Part shown: piece after piece, positions 1 to 8,498 of the stretch
Position numbering within the stretch: the first letter of the stretch is position 1
Layout of the letters: each line of letters opens with the position of its first letter
NCBI GenBank assembly: GCA_036556765.1
Contig: DATBIU010000008.1
Coordinates: 1-58,590 of the forward strand
Source of the DNA: Gemmatimonadaceae bacterium
Lineage (GTDB): Bacteria; Gemmatimonadota; Gemmatimonadetes; Gemmatimonadales; Gemmatimonadaceae
DNA length: 58,590 bases
Direction: 5' to 3'
The notes under the pieces: generated by a model
Database searches by the model: none
Told to the model about the DNA's origin: nothing
The model's input: the letters and a program-made list of their open reading frames with translations, nothing else
Program-made: the position numbers and the translations under genes

Positions 1-143
1 ACGATGGGCCCGCCCATCGCGGCCGCGCCCCCACCGGCCGTTGGATCGGCAGCGGCCTCGTGCGAATGGTCGTGGCTCTGCGCCGCGGCGAGTGTCGGCG
101 TCAACAGGAAACTCGTGAGAACGACAGCGGATCGAATCGACAT
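1..143 (-). CDS. N-terminal part of a secreted His-rich protein; the gene runs off the window start
   Basis: The minus-strand ATG at 141-143 is preceded by GGAGGACCG. It translates as MSIRSAVVLTSFLLTPTLAAAQSHDHSHEAAAD, a signal peptide followed by an HxHxH stretch. It is absent from the ORF track because no stop lies in the window. Confidence 0.45.
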   Translation of the reverse strand, partial: MSIRSAVVLTSFLLTPTLAAAQSHDHSHEAAADPTAGGGAAAMGGPI

Positions 144-174
144 CGGTCCTCCGTGAAGGGCGCGACGCGTTGGG

Positions 175-1032
175 GTGGTTGATGCTACCCCGCGTCGCTC
201 ACTTGGTTGGACGAGTGACCAATCCCGCTCGTTAAGGCGCGCCTACCGCACCCAGCCCGATGCCGAACGGACCCCGGAGCCCGAACGCGGACATCGGAGT
301 AACTTCCCCCACGTGATCCAGCTCCCCGAAATCGGCCCCCTGCTGACCGACCGCCCCCTCCTCGCCTTGCCACTCGCCTACGTCGGCGGCGTGCTCTTCA
401 GCTTCGCGCCCTGCATCTACCCGATGATCCCCATCACCGCATCGATCGTCGGCGGACAAACGGTGGGGGCAGAGCGTCCGAGCAAGCGGCGCGCGGTCGC
501 GCTCACGTTCGCCTACGTCCTCGGCGTCGCTCTGTTCTACGCGGCGCTCGGGGTCATCGCCGGGATGACCGGGACGATGTTCGGCACCGTCAGCACGAAT
601 CCCTGGCTCCACTTCGGGATCGCCAACCTCCTCATCCTCGCGGCGCTGGCGATGCTCGACGTCATCCCCGTGCGCTTGCCGGCATCACTGATGGCTCGGG
701 CGGCATCGGCGGGGGATGGCGGACGCATCGCCGGTGCCTTCGTGATGGGCGCGGCATCCGGACTCGTCGCAGCACCCTGCGGCGCCCCCGTGATGGCGAC
801 GGTCCTCACCTGGGTCTCGCTCACCAAGAGCGCGATGCTCGGCTTCCTCTACCTCTTCGTCTTTTCCCTCGGCATGTGCACGCTCCTCATCGCCGTCGGG
901 ATCTCGGTGGGGGTCCTCGGGGTTCTTCCAAGAGCAGGCGGCTGGATGATCTGGGTCAAGCGCCTCTTCGCGCTCATCATGTTGATCATGGCCGAGTACT
1001 ATCTCGTGCGCATGGGAGGGTTGTTGATATGA
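175..1032 (+). CDS. ccdA: CcdA/DsbD-family thiol-disulfide transporter (cytochrome c biogenesis transmembrane region)
   Basis: Polytopic membrane protein with the FSFAPCIYPMIP motif and a second conserved Cys (APCGAPV). The real start is probably the GTG at 313. Its stop overlaps the next gene's start (ATGA at 1029-1032). Confidence 0.8.
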   Translation: MVDATPRRSLGWTSDQSRSLRRAYRTQPDAERTPEPERGHRSNFPHVIQLPEIGPLLTDRPLLALPLAYVGGVLFSFAPCIYPMIPITASIVGGQTVGAERPSKRRAVALTFAYVLGVALFYAALGVIAGMTGTMFGTVSTNPWLHFGIANLLILAALAMLDVIPVRLPASLMARAASAGDGGRIAGAFVMGAASGLVAAPCGAPVMATVLTWVSLTKSAMLGFLYLFVFSLGMCTLLIAVGISVGVLGVLPRAGGWMIWVKRLFALIMLIMAEYYLVRMGGLLI

Positions 1033-1556
1033 GGGTTGCTGCGCTCGCGGCACTCGCACTGATGCTCGTTGCGCCCCAGGCGCGCGCGCAGGACGGTGGC
1101 ATCGCGGTCGGCTCGATGGCGCCCAACGCGACGCTCGAGACGCTCGACGGCAAGCGCATCGAGCTCGGCTCGCTGATTGGCAAGACGCCGGTGGTGCTCG
1201 AGTTCTGGGCCACCTGGTGCAGCAACTGCGAGGAGCTCGAGCCCACCTTCCAGGCGGTGCAGAAGAAGTACGCGGGAAAGGTGCGATTCGCGAGCATCGC
1301 GGTCGCGATCAACCAGTCACCGGAACGCGTCCGCCGCTGGATCGCGCGCCATCAGCCGGGCCGCGACTTCTTCTACGATCACGCAGGCGATGCCGCCGAG
1401 GGGTACGATGCGCCCGCGACGTCGTACGTCGTGATCGTCGATGCGAGCGGTCGCGTCACGTATACCGGAGTCGGCGGCGAGCAGGATCTCGAGGGAGAGA
1501 TTCGGAAGGCGTTGGGAGGGTCAGGGGGCAAGGGCCAGGGGCCAGGGGGTGGGTGA
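1029..1556 (+). CDS. TlpA/ResA-like periplasmic thioredoxin
   Basis: Signal peptide MRVAALAALALMLVAPQARAQ and a WCSNC active site in the context VVLEFWATWCSNCE. It is translationally coupled to the CcdA-like gene. The C-terminal tail GGSGGKGQGPGGG is encoded by a GGGGCCA-type repeat. Confidence 0.85.
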   Translation: MRVAALAALALMLVAPQARAQDGGIAVGSMAPNATLETLDGKRIELGSLIGKTPVVLEFWATWCSNCEELEPTFQAVQKKYAGKVRFASIAVAINQSPERVRRWIARHQPGRDFFYDHAGDAAEGYDAPATSYVVIVDASGRVTYTGVGGEQDLEGEIRKALGGSGGKGQGPGGG

Positions 1557-1562
1557 AGGGTC
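1515..1562. repeat. Class-1 short tandem repeat, 7-nt GGGGCCA-like units, G-rich arm only
   Basis: The sequence ggagggtcagggggcaagggccaggggccagggggtgggtgaagggtc has 7-nt periodicity. It overlaps the 3' end of the thioredoxin CDS. Confidence 0.7.
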
Positions 1563-1579
1563 GGCGCTTTTCCAGCGCC
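1563..1579. terminator. Small GC hairpin between convergent genes
   Basis: ggcgct-tttcc-agcgcc forms a 6-bp stem. It lies between the stop at 1556 (+) and the stop at 1589 (-). Confidence 0.4.
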
Positions 1580-1588
1580 CTCGCTTCT

Positions 1589-2473
1589 TCACATCCCAAC
1601 CAGCCGCTCGCTCTCCTCCCAGAGTGCCGCCGCCAGCCGCGGATCGCGTGCGCGCCGGGGAAACGACGCTCGGCGCTCGCGAACGAAGTAGCGTCCCGTC
1701 ATCCCGTCGACGGATGGCGACGCCGCCAGTCTCACGATCGGCGAGGCGCCCTCCTCGAGCGTCCGGAGCGACCAGTCCCACGTCCTCCGCATCCAGCGCG
1801 GCCACTCACGCATGAGGTCGGTGGCCACCAGGCCCGGATGCACACAGTTCGCCGCGACGCCACTGCCCTCGAGTCGCCGTGCCAGCTCGATGGTGAACAG
1901 CATGTTCGCGAGCTTCGTGTCGCAGTACGCGCGCAATCCCGACGAGGCGCGCGCCGTGCCGACCTCGGCAGGCCTCACGCGCCCCAGCATTGCGAATCGC
2001 GACGTGACGGTGACGATCCGCGCATTGCCCGCCGCGCGCAGCTGCGGCAGCAGCTGATTCGTGAAGAGAAATGGGCCGAGGTGATTGACCGCCCACGTCA
2101 TCTCGAAGCCGTCGGCACTTTCCCGTCGCGACCGAAGGTGCACGCCGGCGTTGTTCACCAGCGCGTGCACGACGTCATGCTTCGACGCGATCTCGGCCGC
2201 CGCTGCCAGCACCGACGCCAGTGACGCGAGATCGATCGTGATGAACGACGCGTCGGCGCCCGGAGCGGCGGCCTCGCGTACGCGCTGGGCCGCCCGCTCG
2301 CCCCGCTGACGGTCGCGGCCGAGCATGAATACGTTCGCGCCCATCCCGGCCAGCGCGATGGAGGTCGCGAAACCCAGCCCGCGCGTCGCCCCCGTCACCA
2401 CGCACACCCGCCCGAGCAGGTCGGTGACTTCACGCCAGGACTGGCGCCGGTCTGTGGGCAGTAGAGTATTCAT
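1589..2473 (-). CDS. Short-chain dehydrogenase/reductase (SDR)
   Basis: Contains TGATRGLG (cofactor-binding motif), NNAG and YCDTK (YxxxK). The start is set at MNTLLPTD (ATG at 2471-2473). The upstream part of the 450-aa ORF is Arg/Asp-rich junk. Confidence 0.85.
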   Translation of the reverse strand: MNTLLPTDRRQSWREVTDLLGRVCVVTGATRGLGFATSIALAGMGANVFMLGRDRQRGERAAQRVREAAAPGADASFITIDLASLASVLAAAAEIASKHDVVHALVNNAGVHLRSRRESADGFEMTWAVNHLGPFLFTNQLLPQLRAAGNARIVTVTSRFAMLGRVRPAEVGTARASSGLRAYCDTKLANMLFTIELARRLEGSGVAANCVHPGLVATDLMREWPRWMRRTWDWSLRTLEEGASPIVRLAASPSVDGMTGRYFVRERRASFPRRARDPRLAAALWEESERLVGM

Positions 2474-2482
2474 CTCACCGAC

Positions 2483-3139
2483 ATGTCGCCTCTGACGATC
2501 GTTCTCGCCGTCGCACTGCTCGCTGGAACTGCGCTGCACGGGCTCGGTGCCCTCCTGCATCCGGTGCTCGCGGGCGACGGCGCCACCCAACTTCGCACCA
2601 TCGCCGACATGGCGCACTGGCGCGAGCTCCATTTGGCCATGCTCGCCGGCAGCGGTCTCATCGTCGCGGGCGTGTGGGTGCGGCTGGTCGAGGATCGCGC
2701 GTTCGTGCGCCCTCCACTCGTTGCCGCGCTCGCGTTGATCTCGCTCGGCGTCGCGATCAACGGGCTCAACATCGCGTACATGGCGGGCGCGGGTTGGCAC
2801 ATGGCCGGGCAATTCGCTACCGGCGACGCAAGCATGGTCCCGCTGTTCGACGCGACCCACCCGATCGGACTCATGGCCGCGCGCTTCGGCAACTTCATCA
2901 TCGCCCTTGGCGCCCTCGCGCTGGGGTGGGGAGAATGGCACGACGCCGAGCCGCGCCGTCCGGACGCTGTGCTGGCGTGGATCGCCGCCGGCGGCGGGCT
3001 CTTTGGGGCGATCTTCTTCGAGGAGTCGAGCCGCATCGCGCTCGCGGCGGTCGCGCTACTCTCCGGATGGCAAGTCGTCACCGCCCTCCGGTCGCTCTCC
3101 TTGTCGCTGAAGCGATCGCGGCGTACGATGGTGCACTAG
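2483..3139 (+). CDS. Hypothetical integral membrane protein
   Basis: Five or six hydrophobic helices. I recognise no family. Confidence 0.6.
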   Translation: MSPLTIVLAVALLAGTALHGLGALLHPVLAGDGATQLRTIADMAHWRELHLAMLAGSGLIVAGVWVRLVEDRAFVRPPLVAALALISLGVAINGLNIAYMAGAGWHMAGQFATGDASMVPLFDATHPIGLMAARFGNFIIALGALALGWGEWHDAEPRRPDAVLAWIAAGGGLFGAIFFEESSRIALAAVALLSGWQVVTALRSLSLSLKRSRRTMVH

Positions 3140-3146
3140 ACAACAC

Positions 3147-3251
3147 CCAAAGACGTCAGGGATCGGACGGCAGATGCCAGGTGTCAGCGCTGGACCATCG
3201 TCGCGCGTATCTGACATCTGACACCTGACATCTGAGCCCTGACGTCTTCGG
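3147..3251. repeat. Class-6 tandem-repeat hairpin, 7-nt units (CAGATGT/CAGGTGT; GACATCT/GACACCT)
   Basis: Left arm is ccaaagacgtcagggatcggacggcagatgccaggtgtcag. Right arm is ctgacatctgacacctgacatctgagccctgacgtcttcgg. The outer 15 nt are complementary apart from one mismatch and include GACGTC. It fills the gap between the stop at 3139 and the start at 3273. Confidence 0.8.
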
Positions 3252-3272
3252 AAGTTCCCCTCGAGGAGACCT

Positions 3273-4952
3273 ATGCGGTTATCTGCTCTACTCGCCGCCC
3301 TGACCCTTCCCTGCGTGGTCGGAGCGCAGGAAGGGACGTGGGCGCTGACCAATGCCCGCATCGAGACGGTCGCCCGCGGCGTGATCGAGCGTGGCACGAT
3401 CGTGATTCGCGATGGGTTGATCGAAGCCGTCGGCCCCGATGTACGACCGCCGGCGGACGCGCGCATCGTCGATCTCGCCGGAAAGCACGTCTTCCCAGGG
3501 CTGATCGACCTCACCTCGACGCTCGGCCTCCCCAGCGCGCCGGCGGGAGGAGGACAGGGCGGCCAGCAGGGAGGCGCCGCGCAGGGGAGCGCCACGCCCG
3601 TGCGCAACGTGGGGCTCGAGCCCGGCCGCGTCATCGCCGACGAGCTCAGGCCCAGCGCATCGGACCTGCGGACCGCGCGTGATGTCGGCATCACGACCGT
3701 GCTCGTCGCGCCATCGCGCGGCGCCTTCCGCGGGCTCTCGGCCCTTGTGCCGCTGCGGGAGGAATCGGCGATTCGGTACATCGTGAAGTCCCCAGTCGCC
3801 TTGCACATGGGCTTCGAGGGCGCACAGGGGTCGGGCTTCGGCGGACGCTACCCGGCGACGCTGCTCGGCGTCATCGCGTACGAGCGGCAGTCGTTGTACG
3901 ACGCGCGCCACCACGCGGCGCTACAGGAGCGCCATCGAGCCGGAACCCGGGGGGCGGTGCGGCCATCGTACGATGCCGACCTCGATGCCCTGGTGCCGGT
4001 GGTGCGTGGTGCCGTTCCGGCGTTCTTCTCCGCCAATCGGGAGAACGAGATTCGCCGGGCGGTGCGCATCGGCGATGAGTTCGACCTGAAGCTCGTGGTC
4101 GTCGGGGCAACTGAGGGATTTCGCGCGATCGACGCGCTGAAGCGCGCCGAGGGCGTGGTGGTGTCGCTGGACTTTCCCCGCCCGACCGCGGTCACAGGGT
4201 GGTCGTATCGCTCCACGCAGCGGCATGCCCTCGACGACAGCGCCGCTACCGACAGCGCCGTGCGCCGGCTGCTCGAGTCGAATGCCGCGACGTTGCACGC
4301 CGCCGGCGTGCGATTCGCGCTCGCGTCAGGCGGCGCGCGGCCGGGTGAGTTTCTCGCCAACGTTCGCAAGGCGATCGCCGCCGGACTGCCGCGTGACGTC
4401 GCGCTCCAGGCGCTCACCGTGCGCGCCGCCGACGTCGCCGGTGTGGGGACGCAACTCGGCAGCATCGAGGCCGGCAAGATCGCGAACCTCGTGGTCGCCG
4501 AGCGCGATATCCTCGGTGACAGCGCGAACGTGCGGATGGTGTTCGTCGATGGCATTCGCCACGAAGTCATTGCCCCACCCGCGAGCGAGCGGCGGCGCGG
4601 GGGTGGCGCGGGCGCGCGCGGAGGCGAGCGCGAGGACGCGGGCGAAATGGCGCGCGTCGCCGGAACGTGGGACCTCACGGTGACATCGGCGCAAGGGGAC
4701 AACCAGGCAAGCATGACGGTCACGCAATCCGGCGCGACGCTCGACGGTACGATGGCGACCGAGCTGGGCACGGTGCAGGTGACGGATGGCCGCGTCACCG
4801 GGCAGCGGGTCACGTTCACGATCACGGTGCCCATCAGCGGTCAGACGACGGCGATCGTTTTTCGCGGAACGGTCGACGGGAACCGCATGACCGGGACCGC
4901 CGATCTCGGTGCGATGGGCAGCGCGACGTTTACGGGGGAGCGACGGCCTTGA
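3273..4952 (+). CDS. Amidohydrolase-family protein (paralog 1, no HxH) with a C-terminal beta-rich extension
   Basis: Has a signal peptide and the segment IVIRDGLIEAVGP...VFPGLIDLTSTLGL. The usual D-x-H-x-H position reads DLTST. Confidence 0.8.
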   Translation: MRLSALLAALTLPCVVGAQEGTWALTNARIETVARGVIERGTIVIRDGLIEAVGPDVRPPADARIVDLAGKHVFPGLIDLTSTLGLPSAPAGGGQGGQQGGAAQGSATPVRNVGLEPGRVIADELRPSASDLRTARDVGITTVLVAPSRGAFRGLSALVPLREESAIRYIVKSPVALHMGFEGAQGSGFGGRYPATLLGVIAYERQSLYDARHHAALQERHRAGTRGAVRPSYDADLDALVPVVRGAVPAFFSANRENEIRRAVRIGDEFDLKLVVVGATEGFRAIDALKRAEGVVVSLDFPRPTAVTGWSYRSTQRHALDDSAATDSAVRRLLESNAATLHAAGVRFALASGGARPGEFLANVRKAIAAGLPRDVALQALTVRAADVAGVGTQLGSIEAGKIANLVVAERDILGDSANVRMVFVDGIRHEVIAPPASERRRGGGAGARGGEREDAGEMARVAGTWDLTVTSAQGDNQASMTVTQSGATLDGTMATELGTVQVTDGRVTGQRVTFTITVPISGQTTAIVFRGTVDGNRMTGTADLGAMGSATFTGERRP

Positions 4953-4956
4953 AGAG

Positions 4957-4996
4957 CAGGGTCTGGGGTCAGGGGCCAGGGGCCAATCGGGGACCG
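4957..4996. repeat. Class-1 tandem repeat (GGGGCCA-like 7-mers), G-rich arm only
   Basis: The sequence cagggtctggggtcaggggccaggggccaatcggggacc lies between amidohydrolase genes 1 and 2. Confidence 0.65.
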
Positions 4997-5017
4997 TTCA
5001 AGGGAGAGACCGACGCA

Positions 5018-6412
5018 ATGCGCATCATTCGGAGAATCTCGTTCGCAGCGTTGTCCGCCACTGTGCTGGCGAGCTCCGCGATCGCTCAGCAGGCTGCCGG
5101 GTCGCCAGAGACGCCGAGGTTGCTGGCGTATCCCGTACCGCCGGCGGGGCGGCTGGTCGCGATCACCAACGCGACCATCATGACCGCGTCGAACGGGACG
5201 ATTCCCAGGGGGACGATCGTGATCCGCGATGGGAAGATCGCCGCCGTGGGAGCGGGCGTCGCCATCCCGGCGGGCGCACAGGTCATCGATGGCAATGGCA
5301 AGTACGTCATCCCCGGCATCGTCGACGCGCATTCGCACAGCGCCTCGGAGTCGATCAACGAAGGAACGCAGTCGATCACGGCGCAGGTGCGGATGGAGGA
5401 TGTGCTTCGGCAGGATGCGATCGGTCTCTACCGCGAGCTGGCCGGCGGCGTGACGACGCTGAACATCCTGCACGGATCCGCCAACACGATCGGTGGGCAG
5501 AACGCGACGGTGAAGGTCCGCTGGGGGCTGCCCGCCGACAGCTTGCTGTTTCAAGGCGCGCCTCCGGGAATCAAGTTCGCCCTCGGCGAAAACGTGCGGC
5601 AGACGAACCGCACGGTGCTGCCCGGCCAGGAGCGCCGGTATCCCCGCACGCGCATGGGTGTCGAGGAGCTGCTGCGCGATGCGTTCACGCGCGCCCAGGA
5701 GTACCGGCGTGATTGGCAGGAGTACGAGCGTGGACGTCGCAACGTGAAGAAGGGACAGCCGGCGCTCGTTCCACCGAAGCGCGATCTCCAGCTGGATGCC
5801 CTCGTCGAGGTGCTCGAGGGCAAGCGTCTCGTTCACTGCCACTCGTACCGGGCGGACGAGATCCTGATGATGCTCCAGGTCGCGAAGGATTTCGGCTTCC
5901 GCGTGGCGAGCTTCCAGCACGTGCTCGAGGGCTACAAGGTGGCCGATGAGATCGCCGCCGCCGGAAGCGGCGCGTCGACGTTCGCCGACAACTGGGCGTA
6001 CAAGCTCGAGGCATTCGACGCGATCCCGCATAACGCGGCGCTGATGGCCGAGCGCGGCGTCCGCGTTTCGATCAACTCCGATTCCGACGAGCGCGCGCGT
6101 CGCCTCTACCAGGAGGCGGCGAAGGCGATGCATTACGGCGGTGCGTCGGAGGAGGAAGCGCTGAAGATGATCACGCTCCACCCGGCCTGGCAGCTCGGCG
6201 TCGACAAGCGTGTCGGCTCGATCGAGGTCGGCAAGGACGCCGATCTCGCGATCTTCAACGGCCACCCCTTCGCGCCCGCCTCGCGGGTGGAGATGACCCT
6301 GATCGACGGCCGTGTCTTCTTCGACCGCAGCACGGCACCCACGCTCGAGCATCTGATGGAGCTCCTCCGCCAGAAGCAGGGGCCGAGGCAGGTGACGGAG
6401 GTGCTGCCATGA
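5018..6412 (+). CDS. Amidohydrolase (paralog 2, metal-binding HxH retained)
   Basis: Signal peptide MRIIRRISFAALSATVLASSAIAQQ, followed by IVIRDGKIAAVG...IPGIVDAHSHSA. The start is set at the ATG at 5018. Confidence 0.85.
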   Translation: MRIIRRISFAALSATVLASSAIAQQAAGSPETPRLLAYPVPPAGRLVAITNATIMTASNGTIPRGTIVIRDGKIAAVGAGVAIPAGAQVIDGNGKYVIPGIVDAHSHSASESINEGTQSITAQVRMEDVLRQDAIGLYRELAGGVTTLNILHGSANTIGGQNATVKVRWGLPADSLLFQGAPPGIKFALGENVRQTNRTVLPGQERRYPRTRMGVEELLRDAFTRAQEYRRDWQEYERGRRNVKKGQPALVPPKRDLQLDALVEVLEGKRLVHCHSYRADEILMMLQVAKDFGFRVASFQHVLEGYKVADEIAAAGSGASTFADNWAYKLEAFDAIPHNAALMAERGVRVSINSDSDERARRLYQEAAKAMHYGGASEEEALKMITLHPAWQLGVDKRVGSIEVGKDADLAIFNGHPFAPASRVEMTLIDGRVFFDRSTAPTLEHLMELLRQKQGPRQVTEVLP

Positions 6413-7740
6413 GGACGATGAGAAGCAGATTGCGGATTGCGGATTGCGGGTGGGTGGCTATCGCAGTCATCGCCACTGCAACGAGCGCACAGACTGCAAT
6501 CCGGAATCCGCAATCCGCAATCGTTATCAGAAACGCGACGATCGTCCCCGTCACCGGCGCCCGCATCCCGAACGGGACCATCGTGCTGCGTGCCGGCCGG
6601 ATCGAGGCGGTGGGCGCCGGCGTCACGGCACCAGCTGATGCGCAGGTGATCGACGGGACGGGACTGTTCGTGTATCCGGGAATGATCGACGGCGGGACGC
6701 AGCTCGGGCTCACCGAGATCGGGTCGGTGCCGGGCGGCGACGATACGCAGGAGATCGGCGACTTCAACCCGCACAACGTCGCGCTCACGGCGGTGAATCC
6801 GCATTCCGAGCTCATCCCCGTCACGCGCGTGAACGGTGTGACGACGGCGATCACCGCCGCGGAAGGAGGGCTGATCAGCGGGCAGGCCGGCCTCATCGAC
6901 CTCCTGGGGTGGACCCCGGCCGAGATGGCGGCGCGGCGCCAGGCGGCGATGGTGGTGAGCTACCCGTCGTTAGGTGGCGGCGGGTTCGGCGGCGGAGGGG
7001 GCCGCGGCCCCGAGCGGTCCGACGCCGAGCGGCGCGAAGAGCTGGACCGTCGCACTCGATCGCTGCGCAGCTATTTCGCCGATGCGAAGGCCTACGCCGA
7101 CATGAAGGGCCGCGTCGCGTCCGCCGGCGGCGTTCGCCGGGTGAATCAGGCGATGGAAGCCATGACGCCCATCATGCGTGGGGAGATGCCGGTGATCTTC
7201 GACGTGACCACCGTCGATCAGATCCGGGGTGTTCTCGCGCTGGCCGACACGTTCGGCATCAAGGTGATCCTGCGCGGGGCGCGCGAAGCCTGGCGCCTGG
7301 CGGATACCCTCGCGATGCGGAAGATCCCGGTGATCGTCGGACCGCTCACCAGCGCTCCCGGCGCCGAGGATCCGTACGACATGACGTACGCGAATCCCGG
7401 CGTGCTCGCGCGCGCGGGGGTGAAGATCGCGTTCCAGACATCGGACGCGGGGAACTCGCGCAACCTCCCCTACAACGCGGCGCTGGCGGTGGCGTATGGT
7501 CTCGACGCCGACGCGGCACTGCGTGCCCTGACCATCAATCCCGCCGAGATGTTCGGCGTCGGCGACCGGTATGGGAGTCTCGCGCCGGGCAAGGTGGCGA
7601 ACGTGGTCGTGACGACCGGCGACCCGATGGACGTTCGCAGCGTGGTGCGGCACCTCTTCATCCGCGGCCAGGCGATACCGCTGGACGATCGGCACACGAG
7701 GCTGTACGAGCAGTTCAGGGCGAGGCCGAAGACACAGTAA
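6409..7740 (+). CDS. Amidohydrolase-family protein (paralog 3, no HxH)
   Basis: ATGA overlap with paralog 2. Contains IVLRAGRIEAVG...VYPGMIDGGTQLGL. The N-terminal signal peptide is encoded by a class-2 repeat hairpin. Confidence 0.8.
   Translation: MRTMRSRLRIADCGWVAIAVIATATSAQTAIRNPQSAIVIRNATIVPVTGARIPNGTIVLRAGRIEAVGAGVTAPADAQVIDGTGLFVYPGMIDGGTQLGLTEIGSVPGGDDTQEIGDFNPHNVALTAVNPHSELIPVTRVNGVTTAITAAEGGLISGQAGLIDLLGWTPAEMAARRQAAMVVSYPSLGGGGFGGGGGRGPERSDAERREELDRRTRSLRSYFADAKAYADMKGRVASAGGVRRVNQAMEAMTPIMRGEMPVIFDVTTVDQIRGVLALADTFGIKVILRGAREAWRLADTLAMRKIPVIVGPLTSAPGAEDPYDMTYANPGVLARAGVKIAFQTSDAGNSRNLPYNAALAVAYGLDADAALRALTINPAEMFGVGDRYGSLAPGKVANVVVTTGDPMDVRSVVRHLFIRGQAIPLDDRHTRLYEQFRARPKTQ
6428..6523. 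repeat. Class-2 tandem-repeat hairpin (GATTGCG x3 / CGCAATC-like x4), inside a CDS
   Basis: The arm gattgcggattgcggattgcgg (6428-6449) faces ctgcaatccggaatccgcaatccgcaatcg (6494-6523). Confidence 0.85.
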
Positions 7741-7743
7741 ACC

Positions 7744-7912
7744 GGGATCAGGGGATCGGGGGATCGGGGGATCGGGGGATCGGGGGATCGGGGGATCGGG
7801 GGATCGGGGGATCAGGGGATCAGGGGATCAGGGGATCAGGGGATCAGGGGATCAGGGGATCGAGGGGTCGAGGGCGCCGAATCGGCCCTCGATCCCTTGA
7901 TCCCTCGATCCC
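7744..7912. repeat. Class-3 tandem-repeat hairpin, 8-nt units: about 16 G-rich units against about 3 C-rich units
   Basis: Units run GGGATCAG x1, GGGATCGG x7, GGGATCAG x6, then gatcgaggggtcgagggc. A short loop follows, then gccctcgatcccttgatccctcgatccc. The element fills the whole convergent gap between the stops at 7740 and 7916. Confidence 0.9.
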
Positions 7913-7915
7913 GGC

Positions 7916-8200
7916 TTAACTCACCGCCTCTCCCCCACCGCTCTCCAGCTCGCTCCCGCCGTGCCGGCGGCGGATGTGCTCCATGAGCGAACGGCGTCGC
8001 ATCGACTTCCGCAGCTCAGCGGCAATGTGCGCGCGTCGGGCGGCGTCGAGGAGCCGGTCACTCAAGCGCTCCATCTCGCCCGTCGATTCGTCGGCGACGT
8101 TGTTGACGTCGCAGAGCTCTTCAATGCTCCGATTCAGGTCGGCCTGCACCTGATCGAGCATGGAGCGCGACGGATCACGCGGCTTTCCTCGAAAGGTCAT
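7916..8200 (-). CDS. Small helical protein (module A of a local protein family)
   Basis: Translates as MTFRGKPRDPSRSMLDQVQADLNRSIEELCDVNNVADESTGEMERLSDRLLDAARRAH... and aligns with the N-terminal half of the 56286-56825 product. Start is the ATG at 8198-8200. Confidence 0.6.
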   Translation of the reverse strand: MTFRGKPRDPSRSMLDQVQADLNRSIEELCDVNNVADESTGEMERLSDRLLDAARRAHIAAELRKSMRRRSLMEHIRRRHGGSELESGGGEAVS

Positions 8201-8385
8201 AAGCGCCTCTCTTTCTTCCCCTCGCAGCCGCGGGCTCAGCGGCGAGCTCGCCTCGGCACGGAGGGCGTAACCATCAAAGCAAACTCTGTGCTTCCTCGGT
8301 AACCGTCGAGGAGCCGAGTCACATGTTTCTGGTGCGCGAGCGGAGGCGTGAGTGTGACCGGGCGCACGCAGCCCAAAGGACAGTA

Positions 8386-8498
8386 GAGGAATGAGGGCTG
8401 AGGAATGAGGGCTAAGGACTGAGGAGTGAGGAATTCGACTGAATGGGCCGCGTCGCCAAAACGTGCTCATCCCTCACTCCTCCGCCCTCATTCCTCAC
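8386..8498. repeat. Class-5 tandem-repeat hairpin, 7-nt units (GAGGAAT/GAGGGCT)
   Basis: Left arm is 7 units (8386-8434): gaggaat gagggct gaggaat gagggct aaggact gaggagt gaggaat. Right arm is ctcatccctcactcctccgccctcattcctcac (8466-8498). Confidence 0.85.

Noticed and set aside
4841-6352. Long antisense or out-of-frame ORFs: 4841-6352(-), 8592-9911(-), 19712-21115(+), 36362-37729(-), 38225-39661(+), 45792-47156(-), 52961-54442(+) and many shorter ones.
   Set aside because: They overlap genes that have clear family motifs on the other strand or frame. Their products are Arg/Ala/Pro/Gly-rich with no recognisable domains. They are typical shadow ORFs of a high-GC genome.
7744-7870. Tandem arrays (also at 23849-23894, 24226-24298, 30188-30268 and 46879-46927) could be mistaken for CRISPR arrays.
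   Set aside because: The units are only 7-9 nt and directly abut with no spacers. There are no cas genes, and each array is paired with a complementary arm. These are microsatellite-type repeats, not CRISPR.
6909-7919. ORFs that translate the repeats into periodic peptides: GIGGSGDR repeats (6909-7919), CSG repeats (23667-23957), STSSTSSTPSTPS (24013-24333) and VLEVLEVLE (46881-47192).
   Set aside because: The periodicity comes purely from intergenic tandem repeats. The ORFs otherwise overlap real genes out of frame and have no start context.
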